Source of the DNA: Antedon mediterranea
Taxonomy: Eukaryota > Animalia > Echinodermata
Reading direction: 5' to 3'
DNA length: 64,000 nt
NCBI RefSeq assembly: GCF_964355755.1
Contig: NC_092671.1
Location: 38,326,304 to 38,390,303 of the forward strand
Within the stretch, counting starts at the first letter, position 1, and each line of letters starts with the position of its first letter. A program made the translations under genes and the position numbers. This document shows positions 40,801-52,800 of this stretch, piece by piece. The notes below the pieces were generated by a model. The model did no database searches. It worked only from the letters and a program-made list of their open reading frames with translations, and had not been told where the DNA came from.

Positions 40801-43800
40801 CATAAACTACAACATTATACTAAAGCATAAACTACAACATTATACTAAAGCATAAACTACAACATTATACTAAAGCATAATCTACAACATTATACTAAAG
40901 CATAAACTACAACATTATACTAAAGCATAAACTACAACATTATACTAAAGCATAAACTACAACACTATACTAAAGCATAAACTACAACATTATACTAAAG
41001 CATAAACTACAACATTATACTAAAGCATAAACTACAACATTATACTAAAGCATAAACTACAACATTATACTAAAGCATAAACTACAACATTATACTATGT
41101 AAAAAAAGGAAAATTACAACATTATAATAAGTAATCACAAAAGAACAACAAAGTATATTACAACTACTTTCATCATCAGAAGTTCAACAAAAAATAGTCC
41201 TCAAACATCCTCATCCCTAAACTATGTTCTATGTATAAGCAACACAAGCTGACAAGATTTCTGATATAAATTGTTATCTTACTAAGAATTATATATTCCT
41301 CTAAACAAAGCAAAGATAGCAAAAAACCTAGATATTTGTGAGACAACTAAAAGCGCAATAAGAACATAGGTAAACTACAGGTGTACTTGTTAGCAACATA
41401 CGCAAACTGCAACGGGTGTACGATACATTTAAACTAGGCCATCCACTTGTTAGCAACATACGCAAACTGCAACGGGTGTACGATACATTTAAACTACGCC
41501 CTCACACTTGTTAACAACATACGCAAACTGCAACGGGTGTACGATACATTTAAACTAGGCCCTCACACTTGTTAACAACATACGCAAACTGCAACGGGTG
41601 TACGATACATTTAAACTACGCCATCCACTTGTTAACAACATACGCAAACTGCAACGGGTGTACGATGCATTTAAACTACGCCCTCACACTTGTTAACAAC
41701 ATACACAAACGGCAATGGGTGTACGATACATTTAAACTAGGCCATCCACTTGTTAACTTACGCGTTTACCAGTGAAGCCTTGACGGCCTGCTTTTCCTTG
41801 TAAACCTGTTTCACCCTGAGGGAACACACGAAGAAAGAGATCAAAATAAAGTGAACTTAAAATACATAATAAATCTTAGTTGACTTACTGGTGGTCCCAT
41901 CATACCAGTCTGTCCCATTGGTCCTGGGGCACCGCCTTCACCCTGGAGAACAAAGAGTCAATGTTAATTAGTTGGATGTCAATCAATATAAGTAAGATAT
42001 GAAGACTTGAGAATTAGGATGAAATGGTTAAAAGAAAATAGTGAAGTAAACAATGCTTGAAATGAATAGTATGAGGAAAAAATAAAAGAAAACCTGGTGA
42101 GATAACAGGACATGAATTAAGATGAATCTAAAGAAAATGTAAACAAATGAAAATTAAATAAAAATTAAATAGATAATTATTGATAGAAAGTATGAAATAT
42201 TAGTAAAATTCAGGAAAATAAAATATGTTTAAATAAGTTAACAGTAAGCAATGATTTACACTAAACAAAAATTTATAAATATATTTAATTGTAAAACGCT
42301 TAAATCTATATTTCAAACTGAATTGGATAACTAAACAAATTCCAAAGCATACTATTAATATTATATTATTATAAAATCATTACAAATACAAGTAAAACAT
42401 TTGTAACCCAAGACCAATATTTAAAACTAAAACATGGAAAATTATTTTAGCAATTGAAATTGAGCCCCAACAAAACAAAATCTATCTACATTTCATGGTT
42501 AAGTTTACCTGTTCTCCTCGGCTTCCTGGGGCACCATATGGACCTTGTTCACCAGCATCTCCCTTCTCACCTGGAAGTCCCTGGGCTCCGTTTGGTCCCA
42601 TTGGTCCAACTGGACCCTAAAACAATTGTAAAGGTAAAGCAAACTTTACATTCTATGTTCACTATCAAACTATTGTTATTTGTTTTTGATATTCTTTAAA
42701 TAATTAATGTTCTTTGATTAGTAGTTTTTTTAAATGTTCAAAAACTGAAGAGCTTTAAAATAGGTATCAATATAATACTGTTACATATATATGTAAATAA
42801 TATTTGTATCTATTTCTTTGATTGATGTTATGATGATAATTATTTATACAAAATAAATTTGTTTACTAACTCGTTCACCAGCTTTTCCTGCTGGACCTGC
42901 TGGTCCTGAAGATCCTCTTTCTCCTTGTGGTCCTCTACCTCCTGCAATACCAGCTGGACCTCTTTCTCCTTGTACACCACTCAAACCTTGTGGGCCTGGT
43001 TCTCCTCTTGCTCCGGATGGACCTGGTGCTCCTTTCTGGCCATCAGATCCTGAGCTACCTGTTCGTCCTCTTAGACCAGCAGCTCCTGGTGATCCAGCAA
43101 CTCCTCGTTCTCCTGGGGAACCTCGTTCTCCTCTTGGTCCTTGTGGTCCTGATTGTCCAGTCTCTCCCTTAGCACCACCTTCACCTGGGGGTCCAGCTTC
43201 ACCTGGGGCACCTCCTGGACCTGGGCTTCCCATGAAACCTTGTTGTCCTGGAGAGCCTGCTGGTCCTCTTTCTCCTTGTGGTCCGGCAGAACCGGCTGGT
43301 CCTGGTGGTCCTGGGTTTCCAAGTTTACCTGGCTCACCCTAATAATTTAATTAATCAAAGCAATAAATTAAGAAATCAAATAGTATGTATTGGAACAACA
43401 AATGTATACAGTATCATATTAATTGGAGATAAATTTATAAAAAAAAATAACTTACTCCTGGTCCTGGCGCACCTCGTTCTCCCTGTGGTCCTTCTGGGCC
43501 AGAATCACCCTAGAAGACAAATACTATTTTATCAGTAATACTGAAAACATTTATAAACATATATGAATACATTAACAACAAACAGAAGGAACTCTAAAAC
43601 ACCAATAACAATGTAAAACAAAGATATATACATGTTGTATCAAAGTATTTTAAAATGTATTGGTTTACTTACAACATCTCCCTTAGATCCTGGAAGTCCA
43701 GCAAGTCCAGCTGGTCCTCGTTCTCCTTGTGGTCCTGGGCTACCTGGGCGACCATCATCACCTCCTGGACCTTGTGGTCCTGGCTTTCCATCTCGTCCTT

Positions 43801-46800
43801 CCTTTCCTGGAGATCCTGGCATACCACGTGGTCCTGGAATACCGGCTTCACCTTGTCGTCCTTGGTCTCCTTCAGCTCCTTTCATTCCTGGTTCTCCTCT
43901 GGCACCACGTTCTCCTTGTGGTCCAGCAGATCCTGGTGCACCTCCTGGTCCTGGGGCTCCACTTGGTCCACCTGGTCCTCGTTCTCCTTGTGGTCCACTT
44001 GGTCCTTGAGGTCCTGTAGCACCAGTTGCTCCTCGTTTGCCATCATCACCAGCATCACCTGGGGCACCAGCTGGGCCACCTTCTCCTCTCATTCCCTGTG
44101 GTCCCATCTCACCTCGTTCTCCTTGAAGACCTTGTGGGCCAGTATCTCCTTTGCCACCAGCAGCTCCTGGTGCTCCAGCGGGTCCTGGTGTTCCTCGTGC
44201 TCCTTGGAATCCTGGTTGTCCTTGTGCTCCAGCGGGGCCAAGTTCACCCTTAGCTCCAGCAGCTCCATCTCTTCCTGGAACTCCAGCTTTTCCTGGTACA
44301 CCTGGTTGTCCTCCTGGGCCTCGTTCACCACGGGCTCCCTGTGATCCTGGTTGTCCTCTAGCTCCTTCACTGCCAGCCTCTCCTTTAGCTCCTCCTGGTC
44401 CTGGGAATCCTGGAGATCCAGTGGCACCAGATGGACCCTGTTAAAACAAAATTTAAAATGCATTTAAAGGTGAACAGGGTTATGTTGTAGCTATCAAGTT
44501 GGAAAACCATTATTTTGATATCATATCAAATCAAAATGAAATGAAATAATGAATATTTTAAAAAGAAATGAAAAAATACACTTACTGGTGAGCCTTGGCT
44601 TCCTGGGGCACCATCTTCACCTCGGGCACCCTATTATAAAGCAAATTATATACATAAGTCAGCTACAAATGTTATACAAATCAACACAATAAACATAAAT
44701 ATTTTATATATATATATAATTCATTTATTGGAAAGGCTAAAGAAATGAGAGTAAGTTACTTACTGGGGAACCTGAAGCACCTGATCGACCTCGTTCACCT
44801 GGAGCACCACGGGCACCCTAGAAGATAAAAAAGTACAATGTTATACAAAACAAGAAATCTATATCTTATTTAAATTTATTACAATATTTGTATGTAAATT
44901 TTATTCTGTCCCATGTATGATAGGAATTCATTCTTCTTTAATATAAAGGTTAAAGGTTAAAGGTTAAGCTAATATTTGGATACTAAACTATTTATTAGTT
45001 ATTTTATTCAAAATGTTTGTATTCTATCTAAATTGATGGAAAATGACTCGATAAGAGATAAGTTCCAGTTTCACAACTTTAATGAAGAGTAATGTAGAAC
45101 TTACTGGGGCTCCTGAAGCACCTGGGGCGCCTGATTCACCATCAGAACCTCGTTCACCTGCATTTCCTTTGTCTCCCTTGGCGCCTCTCATTCCCATGAA
45201 ACCCTGAAATATAGCAATATTAAAATTAGCACAGAACACAAGAATTTACAAAAACAAGAAAAGCTATAGTTACAGAGATGAAACAAACTTGGATCTTTCT
45301 TGCGTTTTTTTTTATAAATGAATATCATTTTAATCGTACTATTATTATTTATTAGTTGAATTTTGTATTATTTGTCATTTGAACATAATTTAATTGAATT
45401 TGCGCAATATAAATGAATAGATTATTATTATTATTAAAATACACATTTGTATAAGTATGACTCAAACCATTTTGTGTTACTTACTCTGTGTCCCTTTGGT
45501 CCGCTCATTCCCATTGGTCCTGGCATACCACGTGGTCCCTTTGATCCAGATGGACCCATTGGTCCTGGTGAACCATCTCTACCATCATCACCAGAGTCTC
45601 CTTCACGTCCCTGAGGTCCTGGTGGTCCCATTGGTCCGGTGGTTCCCTAAAATGTCAACAGCATATATCAATAAACATACACACTTTAGAGCTTGCTTAT
45701 ATGCACTATATAAGAATGAACTATTATCATTATTATTAAATACAAAAAGGGGGATATGAAAGCCAAAGTTATATGGAAAATTAGTTTTAACAATGTGTCT
45801 TCTTAATGATCATAAGACTGCTATGTTGAAAAGGCTGCTGGAAATGGTATTTAAAACTCATAACTTTATTAGATATTAAAACTGAATAATACTTATATCT
45901 TTCAATTATATGTCTTACTTTGAATTAAAATGTGTGTAGTAAACGAATAAAAGAACAAATAAACTTACAGGTTGTCCAATATCACCAGATTCGCCAGATG
46001 GTCCAGCAATACCTTGGGGTCCCTACAATGCAATTACAGAATACATAATTATAGTATTTAATGTAAGACAACATTTTTATTTTTATTTTCATTCATTTAT
46101 GATTTATTATATATATAGTAAATATAAAATAGTTGTAGTTGTTTAATATTACAATCATCACTAAAAGAAAAAAAAATGTAAATTGTAATACTTACTCGGA
46201 TACCAGCTGGTCCTGGGGGTCCTCGTGGGCCTGGGGGTCCAGCCTAGAGATTTAATGAATTGTATTATTTATAAAAATAATCTTTTTAAAAATGTTTTGT
46301 TTTTATTTAATAAAGAACAAACTGTCCAGATTTTTTATGAAATAAGAAATCAAATGCAATAAGCTTTTTAAAAAGGGGTCAAAAGTAAAATTTAAAATTT
46401 AGAAGAGAGTGATTGGTCCAATTTTGTAAACTACAGTAAATTTATTACAAACTGATTAAAATCATAAAGAAGTAAAATCATAGTCAGATTAATATTATAT
46501 ATAATACAGTATATTATCTTGTTTAAAATCTGGTATTCTGGACAGATAAGTCTTTAGAATTTAAATTGTTATTTTAAGTGTTAAAACAGTTGAATATCAT
46601 TCACTTAGTTCAAACAAATTAAACATTGATTATTGGATTGGAAAGATTAATTGATGCAAAGAGTCATCATTTACTAAAAAAATATTATAAAAGTTGGATA
46701 AGTGTAATATGAAAATAAAAAATTGCAATTGTGTTAAAACATGAAGCAGTTAGTAAAGTGAGTAGAAAGCTAGGCAGTTAGGGCAAAAATGGCAAAAGGC

Positions 46801-49800
46801 TTCCTACTTTCTAGGAGTTTTATGTGGTTATTAGATCAGATCAGATCAGATCAATCTATATTGTTTTGGCCACAGTGATGCATTTGCCATTTTCCCCCTA
46901 ACTGAGGGGCATACACGTAATGGTCTTAGATCAATAAGATCTCATTTATATAATTTTTCTACAATTTAACAGCAATGATTATTATTTTTAATGCAATACT
47001 AACAACTCCAGAAAAACAAGTCTATTTGACATGCGTTCATTTTGAAGTTTTCACTAAATGTTTAGAAATTATGGAAATAATATTAGTGTTAATGATAATA
47101 TTTAATGGTTCCAGAAGAAAAAAGTTTAAATTTCATTATTAATTGTTATGCAATTTAACTGCAATGATTATTCTTTTTTTCTTTAACACACAATTCCAGA
47201 AAAAAGTCTATTTGACATGCGTTAATTTTAAAAGTTGAATTTATTGTTAAATATCTATAATTTGTTGTAAAACCTTAATGAATTATTGTAATTTGTTGTC
47301 ACCTAATCTAAATCTAAGAGTGATGAATCAAAGATTGCACAAAAGGAGAAGGGGGAAATCCCGAATCTCGTCTCCCTGCTTCCATCCGGACATTTCCTTA
47401 CAATATTTGGTTGCATCTCTTTTACTTATCTGATATTCCAATGCACTATTCATTCATTCACAAGACAAATCCAAGCACAAGTAAATGGGTTAGTAGCGTT
47501 ACAAACACTTACAACTTGAGCCTGTGCGTAGCCGAGGGCACCACCGTACATTGGGCCGGGTCCTTTGTATCCGAAACCACCTTGGGCGGCGCTAGCGACA
47601 ACCTAAGGCCGTGTTTAAGAGGGGGAAGCAACAAAAATAAAACGGTGAATACATAGTTTACACAACAACTGACTTACAGTAACGGCACCTAAGTTTCCGT
47701 AACCAGCATAACCGGATGGGTATGCGGGTCCTTTATATTGGCTGGTCTTTCCAACGGTGGCTGCGGCAACTACTTGTACCTGTAATACAAAGCATACTCA
47801 TCTGCAATATACTGAACTCTGACTACAATTATCCCGAGAGTCAACAGAAATATTCTGGACAGCTAATGATTATTCAATTTTTTTTAACAGTTTAAAATTT
47901 GTTTGTGAATTGTTGATTCTTATTAATAATTTAATAACTATTTTATTTATTTAAAAATACAATCAATGATATTGATTTGAACATTTTACGAATATATTAA
48001 AACAAATACATCGATAACTTTTATATTGTATTGTATTTAAATGGTTTACAAATAAAATAAAATAAAAATTGTTTTCTTTGTTCTACCTCTCCTGGTGGTC
48101 CTGGTGGTCCTGGACGTCCTGGGTTACCTGGTGGTCCTGGGAGACCATTCAAACCATCAATACCATTGTCTCCCTATTAAAAAAAAAAACAATACAATGT
48201 CATTTTGATTAAAAGTGTAAAATTGCAATAAAATATTGTTTGCCCATTAAAATTTGTTTTAAAATCAACATTGCAACTCTAGATCTATTGAAGGTGGAAA
48301 CCTGTAATAAAAATGAAATATTAAGATTAAAATATTAAGATTAAAATATTGTAATTAAAAAGCCATAAGGTGTATTTGTACTTACTCTTGATCCTGGGTT
48401 ACCAGAGGAACCTCTTGGTCCTGTAGATCCACGTCCTCCCTAGAGTCAAAGAAGCTTTCAAGTTAGCACAAAAACCCCACAAACATAAACCCTAGCAATT
48501 TGTTACCATTACATTCGTTGCAAAAACCTAAGTGTTGTTTCTTATTAGATTTGTAAAGTTTAATATTATATTAAAAATATTGTATAAACTTATAATATTT
48601 ACATACAGTATTTTAAATTTTGCTGAATTAATTTGCTTAATGGGAATTTTCTTGAGGACTCTAAAGTATTATTATCTTACTTTAATACCTTTAATGTATT
48701 ATACACTTTTAGTTGAATTAGGCATAAATAAATAATAAATATCTAACATATATTAAAAACGCTTAGCAAAGAAATGGCATGACTATGTGGAATATCTTAT
48801 TCTAGCTAATCATTAGGACTACTATCGCAAGATGCTTTTACACACACGCGGCTAATCCATCGCTTGAGATTGGTCAAACCACTTTGCGTTGCGTTACGTA
48901 CTGGCGTTGCGTTCTAGTGGGAACCAAGCTTAAGCAAGAGTTGCTGCAACATTCAATCAGGTCAGTCAGTGTTGACTTTAATACCACAACTATGTACAAT
49001 TGTACTTTAAAACATGATTGTTTTAATCATATTACAATTGTAAATAGTTGTAATATACATGACACATGGATGGAAATTAAAGAAATATTTGAATACAATT
49101 TAGAAATCTGTATAACTAGATAATATAATTATAAATTTAAATTTTTAATTAATTTAAACCTGATGTGAATTAATACATTATGCACTACTTATTTTTATCT
49201 TGGACTTTTTCTCACAGATTAAGTAACAATTATTTGATCGTTCTAATGGATGTTTTGGGACAATTTAATTGTTTTTTGTTAATCAAAATTCCATCCATGT
49301 GACAATAATACCAATTGTTACCAACTTACTGGAGAACCTGGAGCTCCTGGTGGTCCAGCAGGACCCATTGGTAGCTACATTAAGTAGGAATAAAAATAAG
49401 AAAATACAAATTAAATAACAATGTATTAAACTCACCGCTGGTCCTGGTGGTCCAGGTGGACCTTGGACTGGTTGAAACTGTTAGAAAAGATGCAAAAACA
49501 TAATATGTTTGTCCCAACACAGATCAAAATGATAAAACCCCATCAGATAAATGTTTGACAATTGGAAAAATTGAAGAATTTTATAATTAGAATTGCACTG
49601 TAGTTTATTTAAAAGTGTACAGTATGAAATTTTCCAAAACATATTTTATTACTTATTAGTTAAAATTCCAGTTCAAGTTTGAATTTTATTATCAGAATTG
49701 CATTGTGGTTTATTTTAAAATTATTTGAAAATTTTCCAAAACATATTTTATTAATGATTAGTTAAAATTCCAGTTCAAGTTTTAATATTTCAATTTATAT

Positions 49801-52800
49801 TCAAAATAATTTTTTTTTGGATTCTAAAATTTTGATCTGTCATGGAATTTCCTACTTTTTGACACTCAAGGTAAATGCACTATTTTAATCTAATTTTATA
49901 TTGTTGATTAGTTAGAAATTATAATTAATATTTAAAATTAACGCCTTGAGTGTCAAGCTACAGAGTTCTTGAGTGGATGCGGAATGTGCAGATGAATGTA
50001 ACTCGTTGACTGACCCCTTCATCTTTATCAATAAATAATAAACAGTGTCTCCTCTTAAGTATTTTCCAATATTGCATTTTTGTACATTTTAAATGATTTT
50101 TTGGTTTGAATATAGCCAATTATTGCATATTATTGGATATTAAAAATTGGAATACTGTCAGGAGTAGACACTTTACAATCAAACTTATCATTAATTTACT
50201 ATTTAAACAACTAGAAGCCTACATGGTCCTATGATACACTATATAACCTTACCACTAGAGTAACTATTTAGGCAATGCTATTGTATAATAGATTATAGTA
50301 CAATTTGAAATGGTTTATTAAAGTAGTACAGCATTTTAAATTTCGTCCACCATTTTAAAATGTCTAGCACTCCTTTCACTAAATGAGCAAAACTTTGGCG
50401 ACACTCCTAAGTTTGATATGAAATTGGTATAGTGCCACCCCCCCCCCCCCCACTCCCTCAAAGATGACTTCAATAGCATATCCTTTACAATGATTTCCTA
50501 TAGATTACTCTATTTAAATACTGTATTCAAATTCTAACATTGATAATCGTTCCTTCAAACTGGTTATTTCCTAAATTGATAAACTAATGTTATATTTATT
50601 TCATACTAAGATTTCATTAATCAAATATTTTTAATAATTTATTTAAAACTAATTTCTGCAAATAATTATTATTTAAACAAAATCCAAAAGTGATAACAAT
50701 TTTAAAAGCAGGGTTTGAATTTTGGTGATTTTTTCTCATTTTTAAAGATTTTCTCAACTTCACCATAAATTTCCAGTATGTCACTGACATATTTGTTTAT
50801 ATTTGTTTGAAAATTTATATAATAAAAAATGAATTTGTTGTATTAATTCTAAACTTTTCAATAGAAAAATTATTTGCAGATTACATATCTAGCCCTATAC
50901 ACATTTATAATTAATTATTTTAAGTTTGATTTCTCCTAGAAATATACCATTAAAAATAAATAGTCTCTGAATTAAAATATTATTAAAACTAAACTAATCC
51001 TAAACTAGGAATGGTTTTTGCTAATTACCAAATTAAATGCTTTTTCACTTAATAAAATTCAAATAATATCGCATTGGAGCTTTTTGTGAATTATAAAGCA
51101 GCAGGCTTATAATAATGCTGGGCAACGAAAAATATATAAATCAGCATTTAATTTGTTTACATTTAATATCCTACTTAAATTACTCATTTAAAAAAACCAA
51201 CAGTGTTGATGTTTATGATATAAATTTCATTAAATTTTGCTTTTTCAAAAATTTGATATTTAACAATAATGTGGAATGATTTTGTAACAATTTATTTGTG
51301 GTTATATGGTATTGGATTTAATAGTCGATATAAATTTAATAATGAAATATTTACAATTTGAGTGTAATACGGTACAGAGTACTGTATAAATCTAAAAAAA
51401 AATATATTAAATTTGAGTGGAATATTTGTTTTAAAAAAACATCAACAGCTGCCGATTTCAAAACGGATAAAAACGAAGGGGTTCTTAATCGCAGAAGTTG
51501 CACTCACTGCACTTCCAAGTTCTGGAACTTCGCCGGGCTCGCCCTTTTGGCCCTTAGGGCCGGTTGGGCCAGTTTCTCCACCAGCGTCTCCTCGACGCGT
51601 ACTACCCTGGAATATTAATATAATATAAGAAATTAGTACAAAGAATAAATCAACTTACTCCCCCTGGGAACATATTGTTGAGATCAGCAGGCTCTCCCTT
51701 CTGGCCCTTTATGCCAGGTGGTCCATCGGGCAATACCTGATAATATATAAAAGCATTGAAATACATAGAATACAACATGTGTAATTATGATAATGATGAT
51801 AATGATGTTGATAATATGAGAATGATAATGACAGTTTAAAAATATGATCATGATGTTGACAATAATATGAGGAGAATTACAATCACAGTTTAAAAATATG
51901 ATAATGATGTTGATAATATGAGAATGATAATCACAGTTTAAAAATTTGATCATGATGTTGACAATAATATGAGGAGAATTACAATCACAGTTTAAAAATA
52001 TGATAATGATGTTGATAATATGAGAATGATAATCACAGTTTAAAAATATGATCATGATTTTGACAATAATATGAGGAGAATTACAATCACAGTTTAAAAA
52101 CATGACAATCATGTTGATAATTATATGAGGAGAATTATAAATTACAGTTTAAAAACATTCATTATAATGAATAATATGTGATATATACATTTGTAAACAA
52201 TTGTATATTAACATTACATTATGTATTTTAGATACTCAAATTAATCATTTATTTTTCTTTTAATATTGTTCAATTCAATATGAATAATAACCTGGGAAGG
52301 GCAAGTATTCCTTGCTCTTCCCAGGTTTTAATTAGCATGTTACCCTTCAAACTTACCTCTATAAATAGTTGAATAAACAGGAATCGGCAGCAATGGAGAG
52401 AGAGAGAGAGGAAAAATAAAATAATGGTTAAAATCAACATTTTCTATTGAAAATGCCACTGTATCCCTTGAGAGCAAAATGATACCTCATCGGACTACTC
52501 AGTATAGTCAGATGAAGTACCATTTGAAGTGTGTGATGACAATACCTGTTAATACATCTTAAAACATAGAGGAAAAAAAAAACATCTCTCAAAAAAGTCA
52601 GAATGTTTTACCTATTGAAAATAACTTACACTGCAAAAAAGAAGAGTCTCACAGCAAACTGCAATCGAAGATTGCAATTTGCTGCTAAACCATAGTCAGA
52701 ATATACATAAACATTTTGGTCACATAATAAATTTAACTAAAAGATCTTAATACATTGTTTTCTTCTACTCGACTTAAACTTACGACTAGCAGGAGGTGCG

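Noticed and set aside
40672-41757. Regular arrays resembling CRISPR
   Set aside because: No unique spacers, no cas genes, eukaryotic intron; simple minisatellites.
43632-44444. Plus-strand Gly/Pro- or Trp/Ser-rich ORFs
   Set aside because: Antisense shadows of the collagen Gly-X-Y exon.
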